A stretch of DNA of 64,000 bases from Felis catus (lineage: Eukaryota). The notes below the pieces were generated by a model, which ran no database searches, was not told the origin of the DNA, and saw only the letters and a program-made list of their open reading frames with translations. Position 1 is the stretch's first letter, and every line of letters starts with the position of its first letter. Shown here piece after piece: positions 11,675-22,805 of the stretch. The stretch covers positions 214,522,001-214,586,000 of the forward strand of contig NC_058368.1 of assembly GCF_018350175.1 (NCBI RefSeq), read 5' to 3'. The translations under genes and the position numbers were made by a program.

Positions 11675-12577
11675 TTTGTCTATGTCTCTGTGCCTACTTC
11701 TCTTTGTTAAGAAAGGTAGCTACTTCTGTTCTTGAGCATAATGGCCTTATGAAGAAGTACTCTCCTGGGTTGGGAGACATGGTACTGGCAGGGGTTTGGG
11801 CCAGTCTTCTGAGGGATAGGACCCACTGCACTGGGACTGAGGCAAGTGTGACTGGGGAAGGGAAGTTTCACCAGAGCCTGGGGTGGGGATGCTTGGTATA
11901 AGCAAGTATGTAGTGAGTGTTAGTACTGTGTTTGTTCTTTCAGGTGGCCCTTTGCTTATGGTGAGGACAGGGGAGGGAAATGGTGCTGGCTAGTTTCTTT
12001 ATTCCTGGAGGGGCATCTCCCTGAATGCCGCCTCTCTGGGACATGCTCAAGAAGAGCAAGTAACATTCCCACTGTGTGCCCCAGGTGCTGTAGAGATCAT
12101 TGCTTCCACATTGTATGTCCATGGGCTGTTTGCCTGCCTTCTCTCCAAGAGCAGCTCCAGTGCCTCTGGGCTCTCTCCAAGCCAAATCTGCTCACCGTTA
12201 GAACTCTAGGCTTTAAGGCCTGCTGGTTGCAAGAGCTCATGAAATTCGCCCCCTTTGCTTTCCAAGCCAATTTGCTGTGGGGATTTGTCTTTCCTGTGTG
12301 GGCTTCCCTGTATACTAGTTTACCTTTCTGCCTTCTCTGCAACCAGGGCTCCCTCCCCACTGCAGCATCCATGATCCGTTTCTCTCCCAAACCACATCCC
12401 CATACTTACTATCTTCTTTGATGTGGCCTCTTCTCAACTTTTAGTTGTAGAGTTTGTTCTGTCAGTCTTCAGGTTGATTTATGGGGTATATGGGATGATT
12501 TGATAGTTATCTAGTTGTATTCATGGGGTGAGGTGAGCCTAAGGCTCTCCTACTCTGCCATTATCTTCTCTCCTCCC

Positions 12578-12671
12578 ATTTACTTTTTATTTTTTGCTTT
12601 TATTTCCTTGCTGACCCATTCATTGTTTAGTAGCATGTTATTTAACCTCCATGTATTTGTGTTTTTTTCAG

Positions 12672-12709
<38 letters not shown>

Positions 12710-12712
12710 TTG
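12578..12712 (-). mobile_element. Isolated internal L1 ORF2 fragment containing a (TG)n microsatellite (12673-12708)
   Basis: 'tactttttattttttgcttttatttccttgctgacccattcattgtttagtagcatg..ttatttaacctccatgtatttgt' aligns with 9311-9422; translates as WRLNNMLLNNEWVSKEIK. Confidence 0.85.
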
Positions 12713-12721
12713 TTAAATATA

Positions 12722-13545
12722 AGTGTGATTTTAATGAACATTTCCCTGGTGACTAATGAGTTTGAGTGCCTTTGCATGTATTCATTGACCATTTGGATAT
12801 GGTCTTTTGTGAAGTGCTTCCTCAAGTCTTTTGTTCATTTCTAATGGGGATTTCTGTCTTTTTCTTGTGGACGTTTTAGAAGTTCTTTGTATGTTCTGCA
12901 TATAAATCCTTTGTGAGCTAAGTGTATTATACATATTTCTCACTGTCTAGTTTGGTTTTTGACTCTTTATATGCTCTTTTAGTTAAAAGAAGTTCTTACT
13001 CTCACTGTAGTCTGATTTATCAGTCTTTCCATTTTTGTTTAATACTTTTTATGTTCTATTTAAAAACTTCTGACTCCCTCAAAGTTGTGAAGATATTCTT
13101 CTTTAAATTTTTTTTTCAACGTTTATTTATTTTTGGGACAGAGAGAGACAGAGCATGAACGGGGGAGGGGCAGAGAGAGAGGGAGACGCAGAATCTGAAA
13201 CAGGCTCCAGGCTCTGAGCCATCAGCCCAGAGCCCGACGCGGGGCTCGAACTCACGGACCGCGAGATCGTGACCTGGCTGAAGTCGGACGCTTAACCCAC
13301 TGCGCCACCCAGGCGCCCCGTGAAGATATTCTTCTATGTTTAGAATTTTGCTATCTTTTAGATTTAGATTTATAAGTTACCTGGAATTGATTTTTAGGTA
13401 TGGTTAAGATTTACTTTTGACTTTTTATGATACATGTATATATACAATATACATAATATTTTGTTTACACCATTTACTGAAGAGACCATCTTATTCCACT
13501 GATCTGTGGTCCCCTTGTTTATAACACAAGTGTTTATATATTTCA
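12722..13545 (-). mobile_element. Continuation of the old L1ME/MC-like element that was split at ~5845
   Basis: 'tgtgattttaatgaacatttccctggtgactaatgagtttgag...' follows on from 'gtcattgtgatt' at ~5840; translation KHFTKDHIQMVNEYMQRHSNSLVTREM resembles ORF2p. Confidence 0.75.
13103..13319 (-). mobile_element. Very young SINEC_Fc
   Basis: Intact CpGs; perfect 16-bp TSD gtgaagatattcttct at 13087-13102 and 13320-13335. Confidence 0.97.
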
Positions 13546-13654
13546 AACGATGTCAGTTACACATTTTAAAGAGATGGTATCTGTCATTAACATCATCAGC
13601 CACATTCAGTACTCTGGCAACAGTAAATGTTAAAATGTTAACACTACTAACATT

Positions 13655-13812
13655 TTTAATCTTTCTTATATCAAGCTGACAATCTGGTGAAACTTTTAAC
13701 TCTATTTACAGGAACATGCACATTACACAAACATTTTTAATACAATTATACAGTTGTTTTTAGCATCCCAGTGTATGTTTTCTGATTTATGAACCCGAGT
13801 TATAATATCCTA
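13655..13812. mobile_element. Possible decayed hAT-Charlie MITE (MER103-like)
   Basis: 'gacaatctggtgaaac...ggaacatgcacattacacaaacatttttaatacaatt...atgaacccgagttataatatcct' resembles the recalled consensus; highly diverged. Confidence 0.35.
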
Positions 13813-13896
13813 TGAATAAACGATGTCATATGACTATGTAACATGAAAATTGAAATGGAATCTTCAGAGAGAAAACCAATGAGTTTTTTTGAGCTT

Positions 13897-14925
13897 TCAT
13901 TCATATTTTTTCAAAAAATATTTAACTTTGTGAGTGTTATACCTGCATTAAATACATTTGTATTTTTCAACAAATAGCTATTGATATGTAGTATGCAAGT
14001 GGAACAAAGGAAAGAATGCTGAGTTTGGGGTCTAGTGTGAGAAACCAGACTTCAAACAAATAATGATTTATCTTTTGCAATAAAATGATATGAAAAAAGT
14101 GGAAGTTGCTTTAAGAATGTGTTATTGGTAACCTAAACTAATTTGTGGATATTAGTGGAGAATGATGGGCAAGAGTCATGGAAGCTTGTATAAGAAAAGG
14201 GCATTTTAGTTGAAGTCTGAATCATGGAATCACTAGTTAAATGGATAAGTAGAAGAGAAGAGCAAGCATCAGGAGAAGCAGCGTCAGGTACAATGTCCAT
14301 ATAGCAGAGAAAGCCACGGTCAGTTTGAGACTGACTTTTTGGTGCACATAAAGCAAGGAAGTGTGGCACCTGGCAAGGTTGGAGTGGTGGACAAGACTGT
14401 GGCCTTTCTCCGAGAGCATTGGGAAGCTAGAGTGGACTGGGAAGACCAACATAGTCAAGAGAGGATGGTGCTTGCCTTGGGTAGTGACAAGTGAGACAGC
14501 AGTTGTGGGATATGAAAGAGATGGAATCTTGAGAGGAGAATTTATAGTTTGATGACAAAGATTTGATATATGGGGAGAGGAAGAGGGAAGTCCCTAGGAC
14601 TGGTTTCTAGGTTTTTGGTTTATACAACTAAATAAATGGGTAATTAATTTATTGAGATGGGTGCAACTGTAAGATATGTCAAGTGGACAATATCTTTTTT
14701 TCCTTTTGGATAGACAGGAATAGAGTGCAGAGAGCATGCATTCAGCTTTGGATTGGTTGAGTCTGAGCTGATTTAAGACATCTTCCTGGTGAGGTTGAGT
14801 TGACATTATGTTGATTGTTTTGGAGATCAGGGAAATGGCCTGGCTAGAGGGTTTACATTAGGAAGTTAGAGGAATTCAGATGGAACTTAAGGCTAAGTGT
14901 GGAAGAGATTGTCAAGGAAGGCCCT
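13897..14925 (-). mobile_element. L2 fragment
   Basis: 3' end 'ttcattcata...'; 'gatttgatatatggggagaggaagagggaagtc...tttctaggtttttgg'; 'tttggattggttgagtctgagctg'; 'ggagatcagggaaatggcctggctagag'. Confidence 0.65.
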
Positions 14926-15249
14926 GCAGGATATATATTAAGAGAGTGGTCTTTATTTTTCTTGGTTCAAGTTGATTCTGTCTGAAATCAGGTAATTAAA
15001 TATATTTTCACTCGAGAGAAAATATAACAGCCCTCTTGGTCACTGATAATTAATCAAGATTGATTAGTAGGCTAAGAGGCCTAAGCAGAGTTGTTGGATT
15101 TTCCTTCCATGAAGCAATTAAGAAATAGCAACTTTGGGAGTATATTTTACTAAAGCCATTAGAAAGAGAGATATCTTTTTTTCCCCTATAATCAAAATTT
15201 GACACCCTTTAAAGGATTATGGTAAGCATGGATTATTTGTGTAGAAAGA

Positions 15250-15284
<35 letters not shown>

Positions 15285-15289
15285 GTGTG
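15250..15289. repeat. (TG)n microsatellite
   Basis: Directly visible dinucleotide run with a TATG interruption. Confidence 0.95.
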
Positions 15290-15678
15290 CATTAAACTGA
15301 GTATTAAACATCTGCATATATATCTATAATCCCTTGTCTTTAGCATTTCTCCATCAAAATTTTACAATCTTATAAATACAGTTTAATGCATTGATATAAA
15401 TGTACTTACAAGATTAAATTTTCTAGCTGTTTCCAGAACTAGAAAAATGAGTCCTAAGAAAATGAGCCATAGGATAAAATGTGCTATTTCTTGGGTTATT
15501 ATTGAAGAAGTTCAGAACACTGGTCATTAGGTATCTACGGAATTACTTTACCACATGACCCTGCAGCTGCTAAAGAAAAAAAATTGACATGGGGCAGCTT
15601 CACAGTTTTGCTTAAGGTTAATCCTACACTGTCCAGTGCCTGGCACGAATGATTTCATGTACTAGGTAAAAATTATTG

Positions 15679-15914
15679 CAAGCATTTCTCATCCATGGCA
15701 CTATTGACATATTGGCTGGATAATTCTTTATTGTGTGCTGTCCTGTGAATTGGAAGATGTTTAGCAGCATCACTAACTCATATGCCATTCGATGCCGGTG
15801 ACACCCCTACCCTGGTAATGACAACCAGAAATGTCTCCAGATATTGCCAAATGTCCTCATGAGAGGGAGTAGTTTGGGGGAAGGGGCAAAAATACCTCTA
15901 GTTGAGAACCACTG
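15679..15914 (+). mobile_element. MER20 (hAT-Charlie non-autonomous DNA transposon)
   Basis: 'ggcactattgacatattggctggataattcttt...gatgtttagcagcatc...gacaaccagaaatgtctccagatattgccaaatgtcc' and the terminal 'gttgagaaccactg'. Confidence 0.88.
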
Positions 15915-18374
15915 ATTTATTTAATGAGAAAGGCTTTCCTTTCTGATGGGGCTATTTTGAGTCCTTCTTATCTTTTTCACCTGTATCTGGGAAACTGAAA
16001 GGGTCTTAATCTCTGGACAGTATGACAGGAAGAGCCTGTTGGTCACCCTGTTGTCAGAGGCAAAGGCTGCAGGTCAAATCAGGTGCTGACAGGAACATTT
16101 AGTGGGGGGTCGTGAGGCAGGGTTCAAGGCTGTGCATTGTCTGTTAGGCAGCCAGGGTTCAACAGGGGCACACACGCATGCCTACTTTATTTCCTCTAGG
16201 CTTTATGAAAGAAGGTTTTCACAAGATGACAGTGGAACCTTTGTGAGATATCTTAGCAGATAGGTCAGAGATCAACTCTAGAGGTTAAAAGTTGCCATTT
16301 AATTGACTCCTTTCTTTTTGGGTCAAATTACTTACAAAGAACAGTCTGAGGAATAAGGGAATGAAATTGCCATTTCATGAGCATGAAGTTGCCTTTGAAA
16401 ACATACAATTTAATGACCAAATAAAAAGTAGTTATGAACTTCAGTTTGAATTTGCTTGTATATGTGACTAGTAATATTATCTGACATATTTCTATTCTGG
16501 CTAGTCTTGTAGACTGAGTATCTGAGCAGACATCTGCTATATAACATAAGGGTTCTGCAGTACTCAATTGAGGCTGCAAGTCTGTATAGTCCCTCTGCTT
16601 TATACATATATATCCTTCCTGTAAGAATTACATTGAAGAAGACAACGTGTATGCCTGTAGGTTAAGGATGGTTTCTTAGAATATCTCTGTCTGGAGGAAG
16701 AAGACAATCTGCTCTTCACCAGCATTTATTTTGGGTATCTTTGACCATAGCTAATATCAAACTTCTTTGCATAGCTCTAGAAAACAGCTGAACTGGCTCC
16801 TGGTATGACATGACTTGACATAGGATAGCAGCCAAGTGGAAATGTATATTGTTATGACAATAGAGAGATATAAAATCATGCTGGCTGCCAGCAGGAGTGG
16901 AAACCTAGTAACCTAAATGAACTCAACCAGAAATCCATTAAAAGATTTAATTTTTGGTCCATTCAGCTATTGATTATATTCATAGTGTTGGAGCAGCAGC
17001 AGTGGCAATATCAAAAGCAGCAGTGAAAGCCTGAGTAGAATTATTAAGAGGAATTAACTACTGTGTAAAGTGAGTCGGCTATGAAGGGGTTAGAACAACT
17101 AGAACAATGATTTTCTGAAAGAGCTGATTTATTCCCTGTGCAATGAAAAAAAATAGGTTTCTACAGATTGTTCATGTCAAAACATCAGAATATAACAGGT
17201 GTCTCAACATCTGAATGCACTGTGATGTTCAACAATTTTTGCCTTTCAAGAAAAATGAAAAACAAATGAACAATAAGTTCATGTACAGTAGACCATGAGA
17301 TCTTTCATGTTGGAGAGGCTGGGTGGGGTACAAATACTGCATGAAATAGGAGTGACAATATGTAGTTATTGCAAGGCTCAAATTTACATTCAGAGTATTA
17401 AACATAGTAGAACCTATTCCTGGTAAACTCAGCTGTGTCGTATTATTTGTATTGTAACAGAGAAACTTGTCTGTTTGTTTTTTTTTTTCCTTTTCCAGTC
17501 CTGTACTGTAAGCAGGCTGTAACTAGCTTTAAAACAAAATCCATAAACAAGCAAACAAAGTTCAAGCCCTTTATTTCAAGAAATGGAAAAACAGGATTAT
17601 GAAAGATTCTCACTATCATTTGAGGTATTGAAAATAGAGAAGCATGGGTAGAATTCCATAAAAATCCCTTTCCAGATTTATGGAAGAAGTCTTAAAACAT
17701 TCATAGAACTTATTTTTACATTTCTTTTCTTTTCACTAAGAATAAAACACAGAGAGAATCCAACTGTTTGGGCTTTGTGAGGACCATACTCTTGTTAGTT
17801 ATTGTAGAGAAAGTAGAAAAGAAAAAAGTCTCATGTGATTGTGATATTTTATTTTCAGTGACTCTTAGACAGGGAAAGTTTTGTCTTTGTCTTTCGCTAG
17901 GTGTAATTGGAAACAAAGCAGAAACACACAATCTACAAGCCACTGAACTTTGACAGAGTTTATTTTTTGTACAGATGAGGTTTATCAATCTTTGACCCAA
18001 ATATAGAACAGATTTTTATAATGAACTATGTATTTTTTATTAATTTTCAAATAAATGTTATTAGCCACTAGATATAAAACAAAATTAATTCTGAGGTTCA
18101 GCTCAAACTAGTTGGCCTTCTGCAACACCTGCCTTGGGTCTGGAAGCAGAAATGACAATGACTCTACTCTCTGGTAGATACATCCTGGTGCGGCTCATTC
18201 TATTGGCCTTGGCTATATTCTAATGGTGTAAGTAACAGCAATAGTCATAGGGGGGAATCTTTTCCTTTACAGAGACTACAGATTTTCTCATCATTCATTA
18301 TTCTCTCAAATAAAGTCAGGACATTTATAGACACAATGAAATGAAAGAGTTTTATTTTGAAAAGTAGGATTGAA

Positions 18375-18610
18375 ACTGAATATTAAAGTTGAAGAGACAG
18401 ATTTTCTGGATTTAAATGATGACTTTGCCACTTGTAAGTCCTAAGTTCATGGAACATTTTTTTTCTCTTTTCTGTATCTTTATTATTTTTGTCTGTAAAA
18501 TGAAGATAATAGCGCTACTCAAATTTTAGGGTTATTGTGAACATGAAATACGTGAGTCCCCCCCCCCCCGGCATATTGTACATGCTTAATAGGAACTAAA
18601 TATTATTATT
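18375..18610 (+). mobile_element. MIR SINE
   Basis: 'gactttgccacttg...tctgtaaaatgaagataatag..tagggttattgtga...ggcatattgtacatgcttaata'. Confidence 0.65.
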
Positions 18611-18739
18611 TGCCATTCTTTTGTCATTTGTTCATAGTTTTCGAAGAGAACTAGATTTTAAGTGCCTGGGTAGAAACATAATGGAAAGCTGTGATTCCTC
18701 CTGACTCTTGAACCAAGATGAAAATATGAGAGAAAACTA

Positions 18740-19185
18740 AGATGTATTTAGGGTTTGCTGTCACCAGACATTTTGACCTGTATTATTTCATTTAATCCTT
18801 ACATAAAGAGTAGGAGGAAGATTTTTATCACCCATGTATAGATGAGAAAATGCTCAAAGTGAGAGAAGTTTTAAGTTATTAAAATTCACACATATGGGGT
18901 GCCTGGGTGGCTTAGTTGGTTGTGTCCGACTTTGGCTCAGGTCATGATTTCATGGTTCATGGATTCATGTTGGTTCTGCACTGACAGCTCAGAGCTTGGA
19001 GCCTGCTTCAGATTCTGTGTGTCCCATTCTTTCTGCCCCTCTTCCACTCCTACTGTCTCTCTCTGACTCTCAAAATTGAGTAAATGTTACAAAAATTTCT
19101 CACATAGTAGCAGAACAGGTTGAATCCAAGTATGCTGAACAAAGTTTTTTTTTTTTCCACTTCATTACCAGTGCACACTTTCCAC
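18740..19185 (-). mobile_element. MIR fragment split by a CAN-SINE
   Basis: 'atttcatttaatccttac...tatcacccatgtatagatgagaaaatgctcaaag' then 'cacatagtagcagaacaggttgaatccaagt'. Confidence 0.55.
18896..19091 (+). mobile_element. CAN-SINE
   Basis: Head ggggtgcctgggtggcttagttggtt; degenerate TSD aaaattcacacata (18881-18894) / aaaatttctcacata (19092-19106). Confidence 0.93.
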
Positions 19186-21286
19186 AGTGCTCTGTGGTCT
19201 TGGAATGTCAAGTCTCTCCAGAAGTGTTCTAGTCACAAAGCCACCTCAGCAGGGATAGCCCCTGGCTATAGTAATCCAGAGAAACCCCAGGGATGAAACT
19301 GTTAGATGTGACTTAAATGGAGGTGCTTACTTTCTCACTTTCTCATCTTCTCCCTTTTTAGGTGCCAGACCATATCTGAATTCTTGGCAAAACTCTAAGG
19401 CAGCAGTGCCCTTCAGTCAGAGCTCAAGGGCTAGTATATCCAAGGCTCATCATTTATTTTGAAGTTCTTAGATCTAAATAAGTCTTATGTGATTCTATAG
19501 GATGTCTTGCAAAAGATAGCAGGGTGTGACTTGGTTAGTTTAAGAAAAATGGAAGTAGGGCCATACTAGATGGGACTAGGGAATGTTCTTAATGCACTCA
19601 AATCTGATTGCTTGAAGGTGGCTACATGCAATGAAGAAGGTCCTTAGGCTGCATTTGAACACAGAGAGACTGCTATCATCAATTAGAATGTCTTCCAGGA
19701 CCCAGAAAATGGGAATTGGTATCATGCAAACCACTTCTTAACCATCTCTGGGCTAGAAGCAGAAATAGAATATGCAGTCAGTTTGAATGTGACTTTTATT
19801 GTCCATGAATTAATTTTACAAATCCTCCTCACTGTTCAGGTGAGCCTTCTTTCCTCACTAATCTTTATGTACTCTTCCTGAAGATGTATGCTCTCTTGAA
19901 ATGATAACTATTCTTTGGTCAAGTAGCTGCATTATTCTGCCAAAAGCAACAAAAACTAGCTTCTGAGAAGGAACGCCCACACACCAGTATATTTATTTTA
20001 ATCTGTTTTTGAGAGTGTTGGGAATTTCTCTTAGAATCTACAATGTATTACCAGTAGAAATATCACATACGTAAGTAATGGCAGTAAAGTATGAAAACAT
20101 AGCAAAAAGGAACATTTTAATAGTTTAGACCATGGGTGTGAGTAAAGAGCCAGTATTTCTACATTCTGCTAGGCAAAATCATCCTTTGAATTGTATAAGA
20201 CTAAGTTTTGAAATCAGGATCATTCAAATTTGTGTGTTTTATTTTGAAATTACTGTTCATGGATCATTTCCGAGAAATATATTAAATGATGGAAAGATTA
20301 ATGCTGTAGAGAGTTTTTAAGGGTTTTATTTCTGCATTGACTGATATGCTCTTAGTACTGAATGATATTGATCCATATTTAATAGGGAAGTGAGTATATT
20401 CTTTCTCAGGATACTTCAAGTTGAGTATTAGCAATTTAAAAAAGCAAGTGTACAGATAATGTCTTTTACATCAACCACAGGTGTATTGTTTCAGGTGTTA
20501 AATGATGGATTAAAGAAAGAAATCAGTAAAAGCAGGTGTGCAGGTACCCTCTTTTTCACAAGCTAAAATGACATTTAAATTTAGAGATTTATTGAACATT
20601 TGAGGAAATACGCATGCCTTTTTTATATTCTCTCTCTCTTTTTAAAGTAACAGCATCTTGGGTTTCCTTACCTAAGCACTAAATAAGTCCAAGGGAAATA
20701 ATCAACTGTTTTTATTTCCAAATATTTCATCAAGTTTTATATGTGCATATATACAGAATTGTCTTTTAACATATGAAAGTTTAAAATTAATTAGAAGTGA
20801 ATTGCTCTTCCAAGCTACATTTATTATGGTCAAGAGAATTCAATACTTCTAAATCATAAAGCTTTCTTTCACATTTGGATCATCCCATCTGCAGATAGAG
20901 TACTGCTTTGAAATAAATAAAGTTGACTTCTAGTGCAAACGTGGCTGCAGAAGTCAGCATTTTCACCCCTCTCCTGCAAATCATAAAAAGAACAATAAGA
21001 AGAAAGGAAAACACACCACAGGTTGGTCAACAGTCATCTGGGGCAATTTCAGCAGAAAGATTGGAAGTGAGCACTGAATATATTTTGCTCTAGAACAAAG
21101 ATTATAGTAAATGTGGAGATGAGAAGGATGGTATAGAATCTAAGTCTCATTTGTTATCACAGAGGAAGAATGATTTCACTTAAAAGCGTTGAGAGAGGAA
21201 GGGCAAAGAAAGTGGGGAACCTGTGTTTGATAACGGCTTCATTTGTAATAACCGAGAGTCAAACTTTTATTGAAAGTTGGAAAATG

Positions 21287-21368
21287 TATTAGATTGAACT
21301 GTATGGAATTATCATTTTATAATCCCCAAACAATTGAATATCAGAAATCTCATATAGTTCAAATCATA
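21287..21368. mobile_element. MADE2-like mariner-derived ~80-bp palindromic MITE
   Basis: Imperfect inverted ends 'tattagattgaactgtatggaatt' and 'aatctcatatagttcaaatcata'; length ~80 bp. Confidence 0.7.
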
Positions 21369-21540
21369 TCTAAGGCGCTCTTAATTGTAAAATGCTCTAT
21401 TTTGAGATCAACCACTAAGTAAGAAAAAAAATACACTGCCAATTATAGCTGTAACTTATCCTTGATTGTAGGGTGCATTTCAATTTTAGACACATTAATA
21501 TGTGAAAACTGGGCTTCTTCTGTTCTGTGAAATGGGGTAA
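21369..21540. mobile_element. MER104/Kanga-like (TcMar-Tc2) DNA transposon fossil
   Basis: 'tctaaggcgctcttaattgtaa...accactaagtaagaaaaaaaatacactgccaatta...gattgtagggtgcatttcaattttagacacattaatatgtgaaaa'. Confidence 0.6.
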
Positions 21541-21759
21541 GAGAAGAATAAAGCATATGTAATAGCTGAAGTAAAGCGTATTGTACTAAAATTACATGAT
21601 AGAAAGGAAAATGCTATTTTCTTCATTTCCTGTAATAGAAAATGCTACATTAAAAAATGTAGCACTATGGGTATATATGCATAAATTATAAATAATTATA
21701 ATGATAACCATTCCATCAAAACTACTATACTTTCTAAATACCAGAAGAGCTAAACATAC

Positions 21760-22410
21760 TGTCTATAGTAACATGAACAGAAAATGTAAAATGAATTAAA
21801 TAACAAAGAAGTTTATTTCTTACCCGTGTAATAGACCAAGTTACATACTCTTGGCCTTCAAGGGCTCTCCTAAAGGCAGTAATTCAGGCACTCTGTCTCC
21901 TTTAATTTTGTGATTCTATCATCTCTTCAAGCTACATTATCACCTGCCACCAACCAACAAACAGAGAAGGACTAAATAGTAGATGCAAACTCTTCTTAAA
22001 AGCCTAACCAGAGGAAGGTCATATTTTTTCACATTCTGTTGGCTTGAAATTGCATCACTGGGCATACCTATCTGCAAGGGGGCCTGGAAAGTATGCAGAG
22101 CTGACCTAGGCTCTCAGGAAGGAGAGGAGGCAGGAGGGGCGCCTGGGAGGCTCAGTCAGTTAAGCATCCAACTTTGGCTCAGGGCATGATCTCACAGCTC
22201 ATGAGTTCAAGCCCCGTGTCAGGCTCTGTGCTGACAGCTCAGAGCTTGGAGCCTGTTTCAGATTCTGTGTCTCCCTCTCTCTCTGTTCCTTCCCTGCTTG
22301 CACTCTCTCTCTGTCTCAAAAATAAATAAACATTAAAAAATTATTTTTAATTTATTAAAAAAAAAAGAAGAGGAGACAGGATTTAGTGAATATTTTATGC
22401 TCTCTGCCAC
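21760..22410. mobile_element. MLT1 (MaLR) solo LTR split by a CAN-SINE
   Basis: 'aaagaagtttatttctt', 'tcacattctgttggc', 'cctatctgcaagggggcctggaaag', ending 'tctctgccaca'. Confidence 0.7.
22136..22364 (+). mobile_element. CAN-SINE
   Basis: Head ggggcgcctgggaggctcagtcagttaag; TSD aaggagaggaggcagga (22119-22135) / aagaagaggagacagga (22365-22381). Confidence 0.95.
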
Positions 22411-22519
22411 AGCCTTCAACCCAAAGAGTCAGGGAGGCGATAACAAAGTCACCTGAGGAAAATTACAAAGAGAGAATAGATGAAAGATGAAAGCAATTCA
22501 TGAATTTGGAAATAATTGT

Positions 22520-22805
22520 AGAACTAATTAATAAACCCTCTGAAGCAGAGAAAGTTGTATTTTCTGCTACCATTTAAGCTAAAAAAAAGAGTGAATAATG
22601 AAGGATGTATGTTTGCATTACTTGTATAAACATAAGCAGTGCTGGAAACATAAATGTAAAGCCAATGGCAGTTGTTGCTGTACATAATTGAAGGAATGGG
22701 AATGGGGTGAGGGGACAAGGTGGTAGGGGGTCTTCTTATTGTGTTTTTATATTCTTTTAATTTTTGAGCTGTGCTAACATACCACTTATTTTTTTTAAAT
22801 AACAT
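22520..22805 (+). mobile_element. Old L1ME-like 3' end
   Basis: 'tatgtttgcattacttgtataaacataag...gggaatggggtgagggg...ttttaatttttgagctgtg' resembles L1ME 3'UTRs. Confidence 0.4.

Larger units (their letters stand above)
5850..12577 (-). mobile_element. Full-length, decayed older carnivore L1 (L1_Carn-like) with two nested SINEs
   Basis: 5' end reads gggaggagagaagataatggcagagtagg on the minus strand (L1 start with YY1-like site); 5'UTR ~11675-12577; ORF1 fragments (MRRQSNLSQMKE..., NNIHIIGVPEE, DFSTETFQARKEW); ORF2 fragments ([17 protein letters not shown] motif, C-terminal [13 protein letters not shown]); 3'UTR and T-rich tail near 5850. Confidence 0.93.

Noticed and set aside
20925..21280. 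Possible old L1/HAL1 5' fragment
   Set aside because: Similarity is too weak to support by eye.
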